Shown in pieces: positions 1 to 11,048 of a stretch of 64,000 nucleotides of DNA. Source of the stretch: Takakia lepidozioides (Eukaryota; Plantae; Bryophyta). Each line of letters starts with the position of its first letter. Position 1 is the first letter of the stretch. The position numbers were made by a program, and so were the translations under genes. Location: positions 60,574,001-60,638,000 of the forward strand of contig CM060733.1 in assembly GCA_030704615.1 (NCBI GenBank), given 5' to 3'. The notes under the pieces are model-generated. The model ran no database searches and was not told the origin of the DNA. It saw only the letters and a program-made list of their open reading frames with translations.

Positions 1-43
1 GATATATGAAGCAAAGTCCACACGGATAGAAGCCAGACGACGC

Positions 44-955
44 TTGTTTCGTGAGGAGCAAGGGCTGGAAGGCATGAGCTATCCCACGGCAATTCAGTAC
101 CCTCCTGATTTGCATCTTTGTCCTCCATTTGCTATTTGGCTCCCTCAAGGTGTACGGGATCATCTCTCAATTCAATCAGATGGGCTTGATCCTACAACAC
201 GTGAGGAATTACTGGATCTTTCAAGGCCTCCATCATTTATTGCCCTGTCATTCAAGAGTATGACAGCGTATGGTAACCATTACAGGGTTACATCCCCCGG
301 CATGAACAAAACAAGTATGGTGTCTTTTGATTGTGGAGTCTCATCTGTTTTCCAGCACCAGCCCATTACCGACAATTCAGGCAATGACATGGAGGAACCT
401 ACAAGATATGTGGGTCTTATAAGGGAGATTTTGCAAATTGACTATGGCCAAACACGGCCTATAGTGTTTTTGTGTTTGTGGGTACGGGCGAGTCGCGTGG
501 GTCGTCAACCTATGTCAATGAAGCAGGATGATGCTGGCTTCACACTTGTCAATTTTAACCGTATGCTTCCACCTTCTGAGCAACCTTTTGTGTTTCCTGG
601 CCAGGTTGATCAAGTGTTTTTTCCTGATTGTGTGAAGGAGCCGGGGTGGAAAGTCGTCCTGGAGAAGAGCCCCCAAGCACGTAGAGTGGTCTGCGACATA
701 TCAATTGATAATGATGATGTGGCGGAAGTAGAAGGATTGTTAGCCCCACAAAGACTAGAGGAGACTCTGGTTACTGATGGCCCAACATGCAGCCGAGCGG
801 TACCGGTTACTCCAGAGCAGGTGGCCTCCTTGTACCTCCAAGCACCCCGTATACGTGGTGATGATGTTCAGCTAACCCTTGGACAAGATCAAGTCTGTGA
901 TGAAGACAGTGATACATGTAGTGACCCAGACATAGATGAGGATGATGAAGATTAG
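44..955 (+). CDS. CACTA TnpD-like transposase, C-terminal part (DUF4216-like region and acidic tail); 5' end outside window
   Basis: Motifs KSMTAYGNHYRV, FDCGVSSVF, YVGLIREILQIDY, DDAGFTLVNF, EQPFVFPGQVDQVFF and GWKVVL; parallels the TnpD C-termini at 16900-17400 and 36100-36290. Confidence 0.85.
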   Translation: MFREEQGLEGMSYPTAIQYPPDLHLCPPFAIWLPQGVRDHLSIQSDGLDPTTREELLDLSRPPSFIALSFKSMTAYGNHYRVTSPGMNKTSMVSFDCGVSSVFQHQPITDNSGNDMEEPTRYVGLIREILQIDYGQTRPIVFLCLWVRASRVGRQPMSMKQDDAGFTLVNFNRMLPPSEQPFVFPGQVDQVFFPDCVKEPGWKVVLEKSPQARRVVCDISIDNDDVAEVEGLLAPQRLEETLVTDGPTCSRAVPVTPEQVASLYLQAPRIRGDDVQLTLGQDQVCDEDSDTCSDPDIDEDDED

Positions 956-1164
956 ATATGCTAGATTTGTGCACTCCAGTTATAGACCATGCATGATAGT
1001 TTAAGGTGGTAACACTCCCTTCGCATTCCCATTAAGATATCATGCTTGGACACTGGATTTTATGATCAATTATGGAGTGCTTTCCTTTCAGTACCCTTTA
1101 TTCATTTGTTGTTGCAATTGGCTTTGGACCAACCCGTGCTGGTACCATTGCCATGGGTTCTGCC

Positions 1165-1780
1165 TGCAATGTTTTCTTGCCATGGATTTGGCACACGCCA
1201 CGAAAGGCCATCCAGACCATCCTCTGGAAATGCTCCAATGTTGTTTCAAACATCTCCACATTGCAATGGATACAACACTGACATTAGATGAGTGAAAGTG
1301 AGACTAGACCTCCAGCCAGCCGGCTTTCCCACATCAAATTGAAGGGGATCTGTAGATTATAGATAACGGCTGTTGCCTTCTCAATGTCTTTTCCAATCAC
1401 CTCTGCAATGAACTGGGGTATAAGATCCTTCAAATCACAAGTTTGAGCATCACGCACAAGCCACTTACGGGGATAGAGTTTCCAATGCGAACCATTGGTC
1501 TTTTATTGATAGCATTGTTGTAAAATACATGGACCAACATGGTCAATTTCAAGAATGACATATAGTACGCTTTCATGTTCTATGTAAGCATGCAACTATG
1601 TACCAGTGACGTGGCTTGTTCGCCACTTAACCTATTTGCCCATTCAGCCATCTCCACATTGTCATGGATTTTGCATGCTGGATTGTGAGGTCATCCACAC
1701 CGTCCTCTGGAAATGCTATCATGGGGTTTCAGCTATGTCCACATTTCCCTGGATTATGCCTGCACGAAGCAAGGCCAACT
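1165..1780 (-). pseudogene. Captured fragments resembling the E-motif of PLS-type PPR proteins (two related pieces, ~1165-1275 and ~1650-1780)
   Basis: Minus-strand translations CIHCNVEMFETTLEHFQRMVWMAFRGVCQIHGK and QLALLRAGIIQGNVDIAE resemble the consensus WxALLxACxIHGNVELAE. Confidence 0.45.
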
Positions 1781-2185
1781 GCATTCAGCACCCTCCACTT
1801 TATTATAGTATTGCAGCAACATTCAAAGCACTTCAATTTGTATCCATCGAAAACATCTAGGCTGGAAAAAGACATCGTTGCAGCAGAACTTAGGAAAGTA
1901 CTTCTCCCCTTCCACTACACACGTGAAATGAAAGAGGCCAACCAACAGCATACCAGCCAAGAAAATATGAAACCAGCCAAGAAAAGAGCCAATATATGCA
2001 GTGAAGGTCGACACTAAATGAAACTTATCCAACACTTACATTAGAGGAGGGAAGCTAAGTCTTATCTCCATAAGCTTACCCACATCAAATTTGGGAGCTT
2101 TCAGAATTTTTCCTTTCCGGTTGAATGAACTTGGCTACAAAATCCTTCAAATCACAAGTTTGAGCTTCACACACAATGAACTTAC
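1325..2185 (-). pseudogene. RPS3a: Two captured fragments of 40S ribosomal protein eS1 (S3a), ~1325-1475 and ~2062-2185
   Basis: VRDAQTCDLKDLIPQFIAEVIGKDIEKATAVIYNLQ and EAQTCDLKDFVAKFI / RKGKILKAPKFDVGKLME match the eS1 C-terminus. Block ~1420-1570 is duplicated at ~2140-2288. Confidence 0.75.
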
Positions 2186-3495
2186 AGGGATTGAGCTTCC
2201 AATGCGAACCAGAAGTCTTATATTGATAGCATTGTTGTAAAACACATGGACCAACAATGACAGTCTCTGGAATGACATATAGTACAGCATGCCGCTTCCA
2301 GTTGACCATCTACCCATGTAGGTTTCTTGTAACTATCCTTCCACAGGGAATCATAGGTAATGTGGAGCTTGAAATCCAGCCCTCTTGGATGAATCTGGAC
2401 CCACACTCTATCCCTGCTCCTTCAGCTATCCATGCCTCTGATAGCCTACAATTCTACCAGCAAACACCCCAACCCCACTTATCACAATCTGAAATGCATC
2501 TGCTTCTCTCTGTAGTCCAACAGGCATTCGCCTTTTTGTCTCCATTGTCCCACCATTGGGGTCGGAAAGTGTTCACCCCAAAGCTTCTCCTCACCTCTAT
2601 TATATGTTTTTGGATACTTCCATGCTGCCACACTGGCAGTAACTTGCCAAAGTCACTCCAAACCACCACAGATCTACCCAACGACCTAACTTACAGAATT
2701 CAATATGCATCTTGCGGCCGAGTCTGATGAGAGGACAACACAGGCTGAAATAGGTTGAAGAAGAAGGTGCCCTACCACATTGTCCTTGACCTGTCCTGAC
2801 CCATGGAGGATTTGACCGATGACCTCTTGTGTGTGCTGCTTGTGTCTGTAGTCAGGTAATGTCGGATTGGTCTGTGAGATCGAACCACTACGGCGTAGCT
2901 GAGTAGTCAGAGATTGAAACACGCTTGCTAAGACCAAGCTGACTCTCCCAAGAACGGCGAGCTCGCTTCTCCTCGTCTCGTCTCCTCCTCCTCTTCTCCT
3001 TTGTGCATCATTTGCTCAACGCCTCCATCCCACGCCCCTGCATATCCTGCTATCATCGCGTTCCATCCCTCAGCTATGTGGTGTGGCGCAGGAGACAAAA
3101 AAACGCCAAGTCCCAGCCCTCCTTTTTGTTCACGATTACACTAATGGGCAACCTTATTTGCATTATATGTGCCTTCAAAATGACACGTGTAGTGATGTAG
3201 TCGTATAAATAGAGCTCTGAAACCATCTTCAGTCATGGAATCATAAGATTCCATGAAACGTCGTCCACGTGTAGTCAAACATAACACACTAGTCATATAA
3301 ACCATCCCTGTCATCATGGTCAACAATGTTTGACCAATGCTCCCTAACTTTCCGGAGTCATGTAGTGATATCCATTACTACAAAGTCATAAAACTAAAAC
3401 TGTAATGCATTTCAGCACTCTGTAGTCATCTACCTAGTGCAGTTTTTATGACTCCGCCAAAGCCGTAGTCCTAAAAACGCTCATCTCTTGTAGTG

Positions 3496-3763
3496 TAACC
3501 AGCCTCAAAAAGGTTAAGGCCAGATGAAATCCAAAGAGTTATAGAGGGAGAGGGAGAGAGGGGGCAACAAAGAAAAAAACTAACAGGTGGGGGGGGGGAG
3601 TGACTGAGCAGTTGCTACTTAGTCACTCCAACCCCCCCCCCCCCCCCCCTTCCTCTTTATCTTTTTGTTTCCTGATCTCTCCCTCTCTCTCTCCCTCTCT
3701 CTCCCTCTCTCCCTCTCCCTCTATAACTCTTTGGATTTCATCTGGCCTTAACCTTTTGAGGTT
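3496..3763. repeat. Palindromic junction of two termini of a TIR-element family
   Basis: CCTCAAAAAGGTTAAGGCCAGATGAAATCCAAAGAGTTATAGAGGGAGAGGG is inverted at ~3710-3762; central GGAGTGACTGAGCA...TACTTAGTCACTCC. Confidence 0.8.
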
Positions 3764-6700
3764 ATTTAGTTTTTCATCCCAACCTTTTTCATCCAAATTT
3801 GGATGATATTATTGTAGGATGATGAAACTTAATGTACAGAAAGCTTGGTTTACCATCTATTTCTTTCATCTAAACTGGATGAACTACATGAATAATGGTT
3901 ACCTATTTTAAAATCCAAGAGATAATAAAACTATCATCATAAATGATGGCAGTTATTAAACCTAAGCCTATACCATAACCCTAAAAGATACCTTTTTATT
4001 GGATGTCATCCATTGACAAAGTGCTTCTCTTGATAAAATGTGATTTTTCATCCACCCTGGATGAGAAATCGGGAAGTTATGCCCTAAGCATGCCGACACA
4101 TTTCACAGCACTGAACTCGTGCTTCAGTGAACCTTGATGATGCGCCGCGTAAACCTGCTCCCCTGCTGCTACATGGTACTCGTGATGGCTGGCTCTTGGG
4201 ATGCACATTGGCGGTTAGGCAGATTCATCTCTGGCAGATGACAAAGCGATGATCGCTTAGCTCAAAAACTCATGGTTCTTTATTTTGCAGTGGCGCTTTT
4301 ACTCCTCGTTGGGAAGTACTCTATCCCTATTTATCTACAGATTACATGTTGCTCTCTTTTTGTATGAGCCATTCTCTATCTGTGAACGCTTCTACTTTGA
4401 TTGCGTTCTGTTGGAGACGGTCTGTTGGACGCCATGGCGCAGGGCATACCACAAACACTCAAGGTTTTTTGAGTTTACCCTTGCTTGAATTGTGATCTGT
4501 ACATGCTTTAGAATTCAACACTGACATGGATAGCAACTGTGAAGACCTGCCACTCACCTGCTGCATCCTCACTAACACACATCGCTATGTGGTGTTTTTG
4601 GGACGGGCACAGGTGAGGGTCTTCACTTGTCTTGATTTCTTGAAGCTTGCAGCTCCTGTTCTTGCAAATGTGGATACTGCTGCTGCCTAAGCTGCTGATG
4701 CCATTTGCTGCTTCAAACTGCCACCATGCCACTTCAGACCTGCTCCAAGATGGCTCCAATGAGGATCTGCTTCTCTCCTTACCCCTGTTTCTGGTTTTTT
4801 ACAACCACATTTGCATGTGTAGGAGTTAAGCTATGAAGGGTACAAGGGTACAAAATAGCAGTTATTACTCTGACTGCTTTGATACTTGGTTCTGAAATGA
4901 AACTTCTTGGTATGACTTTGATGGATCAAAAGGATAAGCTTTGATAGATAACACACATTCTTCAAGGCCCTCATATCATTTTGGTTTCATGGCTTGATAA
5001 CAAACAGGGGTTTCTGAGCTGCTCTTTCACCTTGGCAGAGCTATTTTATGAGGCCTTCCTCTCAGCTTGACTCTGTTGTGTCAAACAGGTACACCTTGTT
5101 TAGGGAACACACACACTCATTAAAGCTCTCATAGCAGTCTGAATTTGAGGGCTGATAGCAGGCAAATTTGGGATAGTTTGCCTTGCTTCTGTTCTATGAT
5201 TCCTGCTTGTGACACGACACTGAAACGTCACCTTCAGGCCAGCAATAGCCTCTAGGGAGAAGACTTGTTCAAAACCTGGATGTTGGCATGCAGCCTCATG
5301 ATATATACCATGTCTTGAACCATGCCAATAGGGCAAGAGGAAACATGATGTAAACCAGCAAATGCTTAAGGCATATTTGTTTGACTGTTTCAAACTCAAC
5401 TTGAATTGTTTTTTAGCATGAGTCTTGGGGACTGTCCCAAGACCTGCAATCTGGTTTTCACAACTTGTTTTTCTAAGGTGTTGTGTCTACTTGCAAATAC
5501 TTAAGGCATGAATGGCTGGCTGTTTCAACTTGAAGTGCTATGAGCTTGATTCTGGGAAATATCCCCAAACCTACAATCTGGTTTTTGAAATGAGTTTGAA
5601 ATGATGGTGCAAACTATGGTGCTTTCATGATATGATTGACCTGGAATCCCACCCTCCCACCCTGTTTTTTCAGAGACCCTGAAATGTAATGGGGTATTCA
5701 AATGAGATTGTAAACATGAAAGGGAATGTTAGATGGTGCCCTGTAAAGGGCTGTTTTGTCTTTCAATGACAATGACCTTAGCGGTCTTGTCCAGACATGA
5801 CATGTATATCTTCCCTCTCTTTCGTGCTGCTCACAAAAAAAAAAACCACAGAGGGAAAGAGGGGGTAGAAAAAGTTAATAAGAGAGAGGGAAGATATTCA
5901 TGTCATGTCAAGACATAGACAAGACTTAGTAAAAGTCATTGTCAAGAAAAATGACATAGCAGCCTCATTACAAGGCATTGTCAAACATCTCCTTACATGT
6001 ACAATCCCAGAAAAAAGATCCTTAAATTACAAGGTATCCTTATATCATCATGTTAACACTTCCACTCCATAAATAGTTCATCTTAAATAAAAGAGACTGG
6101 ATTTCAAAGTTCTTGAAATCATAGGGTGGGAGGGTGGGGTCTTCTAAAAAAACAAACACATAGCATGAGCATGTAGGGTTCTGAAGAATATATGCACGTT
6201 TGCATACAGTCAATCAATCAAAGTCTGAACCACTTTATTTAAAACATACTGAGTTTTAAATAAGAGCTGTACGTGTTCCAGTGGCTTACAACAACCAAAC
6301 AGAGGGCAAATGTTGTGATGATCATAAAAAAACCCGTAAGTCATTACCATGTCACATTCCCAATCTCTGGGGGGAGCTTAAGAATACAGTTCGTAATCAA
6401 AAAAGCCCTTTAAAAATACTGGCTTGGTAATTCTTGGGTTCAAATAGCTTAAACAAGTATGTTGTAAGCTCAACAGGTCTTTGAGAAAACCATTCCAGCA
6501 GGCCTAAGAGTGAGAGCTTTGATGAAAACAATTCCCTATTACAGCTTTAAAGGACTTGTATGTTCCTAAAAGCACAAGCTGAACTGATTGTACTTCCATA
6601 AGTAGATGCAGGGCTATGGTATGTATCCCAGGGCCTTATCCAGTCACTCTGCCAAGTTTTAGAGAGATCCTTAAAAATACCAGTCTGTAATCAGGTTATA

Positions 6701-7985
6701 ATCTCCATGGGGGAGCCTGAAAGAATGTATGTGTTCTTAAAAAGGCTTACCCAATGCCTTACTTAATACATTCTAAACTGGTGAGGCATAAACAGCACTG
6801 TCTGACTCTCCAAAAGGCCAGAAAACAGGTCTGGAAAAATGCATCCAATGTCACACTTGCACCACCAAACCCTTGTCATCACAACCAGCCTGAACCTTCA
6901 CAATAAGGTCTGATTTCTAGGAGGCCCAGCCCATTTACTTCCCTAACTTAACAGATTTGGTTACCAAGAACCAGAAATCAAAGTAAAGGTTTAAGGCATA
7001 TCCCCTTGAAGCAGCTTTGAAGCAGAGAATTGCAACAACGGCAGCTTGCAGCATATCTTATCCCTCCTGCAGTAACCAGATCATCTGCAAGCCAAAGAGT
7101 TTATGAAGTGAAATCCCTCACCTGCGCCCGTCCCAAAAATAAACACAAAAAATGTTTTGTGCGTTAGTGAGGATGCGCGAGGTGAATTACAGGATTTCAC
7201 AGTTGCTATCCATGTCAGGTATGAGCCATAAAGCATGCAAAGATCACAGAACCAGCAGAAGAAAGCATAGATGTGACACCACAAAGAACCTCAATCTTTT
7301 GTGGAGTAGGACGCTGCAGTGTTCATCATCTGAATTTGAACGAGGACAACAGAATGCAACGGGAGGAGAGTTGAGGACAGGTTGTATCTTGTAATACAGG
7401 CCGCTTCCCCACCTCCATAACCGCCGCTATTTCATCAATGAGGAAAAAACGTAGGCAAACACAACAGTATGTCATTTGCCATCGCGGGAGATGAAAGTGT
7501 CTGCCGTCATCGCGCGTTCATAAAACAAGAACACACCCATTCGGATCTTGCTGCTCGGGCATTCAGCCGCCATCGAGCATTCGTCCGCCATCGCCCTCTT
7601 CCAGAGAAAAAAACACGCACGATATCGTGCTGTGTCTAGGGCAGAGAGACACTTAAAGGAAAACCACCCGCGATTTCATCCACCATCCGGTATGGATGGT
7701 ATCAGACCAGGATGAAAAATGGGCATTCAATAGGTTTAAATCAAAGGAGCATGAACCTAAAATGCATTGAAATGCATATCTGCCTATACATCATCCAGTT
7801 ATGGTTATAACAGAAATTTCATCCAATATGGATGAAACCTTAAAAATTGGGATTAAAAATATATAGTATTTCCAAAATAAGTATTATGGAAAAAAAATTG
7901 ATAATCCCAAACAAGTAGTTGGAGAGAGGGAGAGAGAGGGAGAGAGAGGGCAACAATGAAAAAAAATGGGTTGGGGGGGGGGAAG
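3615..7985. mobile_element. Putative non-autonomous TIR transposon with TTTCATCC/GGATGAAA subterminal repeats
   Basis: Motif clusters at 3770-4070 and 7670-7840. Both ends finish in inverted GA-rich and poly-G/C terminal blocks. No recognisable coding ORF inside. Superfamily unknown. Confidence 0.5.
5644..6142. mobile_element. Foldback/MITE-like element with ~200-bp imperfect inverted arms
   Basis: CCCACCCTCCCACCCT (~5646) vs AGGGTGGGAGGGTGGG (~6123); GACATGACATGTATATCTTCCCTCTCT vs AGAGAGGGAAGATATTCATGTCATGTC; short central loop at ~5825-5880. Confidence 0.7.
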
Positions 7986-9980
7986 GAGGTCAGATGGTGG
8001 GGTCAGCTGCAGCATATGTCCAACACCAGATATCCTAAGTTAATCGACTCTATATCATGGAAACAGGACCGCCCACCGACCTGTCAAACAGGCTAAGTCC
8101 TGGCAGAAGACAGTATAAGAGATTCTCAAGGACCTGGACCTGGAACCGCAAGTCTTCACCCTGCTGGATAAATCTTAACTTAGAGGCTGTAGTGTCCAAC
8201 CATGTCTGTTGCCATGAGATTATCTGATGAAAATGAAGTTAGGCAAAAAACTTCCCTGAATTTGTTTCCAGTCAGTGACATGGGGGAGGACATCTTGGAT
8301 GACCTCAAGGGTCTACCCACTCTCGGCACTAGACTGAAATTTAAACTCAGGGCAGGAAGCCTACCTTTGAACAACAAACAAAAGCAAAGAGGAAAGGGAG
8401 AGTGCAATTGCCCGTTGTGAGGGCAATCTGAAGACAGTCCTCATTTTCTGATACACTATCCGGGGTTCTCTCACCAAAGAGACGCTCTCTTCAAATCTAT
8501 CAAGGGAATTGTGCATGTACCTCTGTTTACTAACTTTGAAAGTCTCGAGGCTGAGCCCTAGTTTTTGGGCATCTCACACATAACAGATTGATGCTTGTGT
8601 GAAGGGATTTGTAGAGGAAATCTGGAAAACCCGGATGAATTCTATATGTGAAGGTAAGTCTTACTACCATCGTCAGCCCCTCACAGAGGTAGGATCTGTC
8701 CCTTTTGTTTCCCCAAGAGAGGGGGCAACAAAAAAAAACAGAGAATGTGGGGGGGAGGGAGTGACTGAGCAACAGCAGCTCCTTCTGTGCTGCTCTCTTT
8801 TAAGCTCCCGACGAGATAAATTCAAGGTCAGATGGTGGGTTCAGCTGCAACATATGTCCAACACCAGATATCTTAAATTAATCGACTCTATATCTTGGAA
8901 ACATGACCACCCACCGACCTGTCAAACAGGCTAAGTCCTGGTAGAAGACAGTAGAAGAGATTCTCAAGGACCTGGACCTGGAACCGCAAGTCTTCACCCT
9001 GCTGGATAAATCTGACTTAGACTCTGTAGTGTCCAACCATGTATGTGGGCAACCTAAAGACATTATTCATTTTTTGATACACTGTCCGGGGTTCTCTCAC
9101 GAAAGAGACGCTCTCTTCAAATCTATCAAGGGAATTGTGCATGTACCTCTCTTTACTAACTTTGAAAAAGTCGAGGCTGAGCCAAAAGCCCAGCCCCTTC
9201 TGAGGCCTAGTTTTTGGGCAACTCAGACACAGCAGATTGATGCTTGTGTGAAGGGATTTGTAGAGGATATCTGGAAAACCCGGATTAATTCTATATGTGA
9301 AGGTAAGTCTTACTACCAACGTCAGCCCCTGACAGAGGTAGGATTTGTCCCTTTTGTTTCCCCAAGAGAGGGGGCAACAAAGAAAAACAGAGAATGTGGG
9401 GGGGGGGAGTGACTGAGCAGCTGCAGCTGCTCAGTCACTCCCCCCCCCCCCACCTTCTTTTCTTTTCTTTGTTGCCCCCTGATGTCTCCCTCTTACTCCC
9501 TCTCTCTCTCCCTCTCTCTCCCTCTCTTCTGTGCTGCTCTCTTTTAAGCTCCCGACATCCTAAATTCAAGGTCAGATGGTGGGTTCAGCTGCAACATATG
9601 TCCAACACCAGATATCCTAAGTTAATCGACTCTATATCTTGGAAATAGGACTGCCCTGTCAAACAGGGTGAGCCCTGGGAGAAGAGAGTAAAAGAGATTC
9701 TCAAGGATCTGAATCTGGACCCGCAAGTCTTGACCTTGCTGGATAAACCTAACTTAGAGAGTGTAGTGTCCAAAGCCATGTCTGTTACCAGAAAATTGTC
9801 CGTTGAAAATGAAGTTAGGAAGAAAACTTCCCTGAACCTGTTTCCAGTCTGTGACATGGGGAGGACATCATGGATACGCTCAAGGGTCTATCCCACTCTT
9901 GGCACCAGACCTAAATTTAAAGTCAGGGCAGGAAGACTACCTTTGAACAGTAAACAGAAGCAGAGAGGAAAGGGAGAGTG
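7986..9980 (+). mobile_element. Tandem array of three RTE/RTEX-like LINE 3' fragments ('LINE-A') separated by TIR-family termini
   Basis: Copies at ~7986-8717, ~8790-9362 and ~9526-9980 are highly similar to 49875-50630 ([23 protein letters not shown]). Terminus blocks at 8718-8780 and 9363-9525. Confidence 0.85.
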
Positions 9981-11048
9981 AAATTTCCCTGACGTACCTC
10001 TGCTGCTGCTGGCGCGGCGAGCTACTGCGGTGCTGTCGCGGCTGCCAGCGGCGCGGGTCCCCACCGCTGCAGGGCGTCTCTCCCCCACTAACCACGGCTC
10101 TCTCTCTCTCTTCAGCTCGTTAGGTCGCGCCTCTGAGCGGCGTTCCTACCACACAGGGGAGAGAGACATCAGCCCATGCTTAGGGCAAGAAAAAAAAGAC
10201 AGAAAGAAGGGAGGAGGCGGTGCTTACCTTGGGCGTTGGGGCAAACTCCTTGGGGCCTTGCGACCACCTCGGGCTCAGCAGCAGGTGCGTTTCTCCTCCA
10301 CCCTAAACCCCACTCTCTGAACTACCTCTCTCCCAAAGAACAAACGAAAAAGGGAGGGGAAAGAGATGCTTCAAGCACTTAGGAAAAAAAAAAAGGCGCG
10401 GCGCCCACGTGCGACGCCCGACCGTCGCACGCCTGCGCCCGCCCTTTTTTTGAAATGTAAAAGTGAATTTTGCGACGGCTGGGCGTCGTTTCTTGCGACC
10501 CCCGGCCATAAAAATAAAAAAACACGTCGCCCCCCGCGACGGCTGTCCATCGTGGGGTGCGACCCCTAGGTAAAAAAACAAAAAAAAACTCGTCGTCCGA
10601 TGCGACGCCAGGGTGTCGCAAGAGGCGACGGCCGGCCTTTCTGGATTTAGGGTTTAGGGCCTTTTGGGTTTCTTAGTTTTTATTTTATTATTTTATTATT
10701 TTATATGCTATTGGGTTAGGGTGTTTGCTTTTCTTTATGGTGCTGGGTTTTGGATTGGTGGTTTTGGTTGTGGGTCTTGGGGTTAAAAGGATAAACGGTG
10801 TAATTAGGATTCACATACCCAAAATGTGGTTCAATCTGATAATCGCAAAGCGCTGGGTCTCAACAAATTTTTCCATAGTGGGAGCATCCTGAAGATAGAA
10901 CGAGAGGAAGGATTCATTGTCTTGGGCTCTAGCACCATATGGATGCTCCGCCTTTGGTTACCAATTTTGAAAGCCCCGAGGCTGAGACATAGGGGCCAAC
11001 GGTTTTTGAGAAATGAAAGTGTTGGTGGTGTGTGTTAATTAGGATGGG

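Larger units (their letters stand above)
1..3495 (+). mobile_element. CACTA/En-Spm DNA transposon 1, right-hand part (left end outside window)
   Basis: Ends ...GCTCATCTCTTGTAGTG at 3495 (reverse complement CACTACAAGAGATGAGC). Clustered AGTCAT/ATGACT subterminal motifs at ~3180-3480. TnpD C-terminal coding at 1-955. Confidence 0.85.

Noticed and set aside
10086-10095. CACTA pentamer as the left end of element 2
   Set aside because: It continues CACTAACC rather than CACTACAGCAAAT and is not preceded by the expected ACC duplication.
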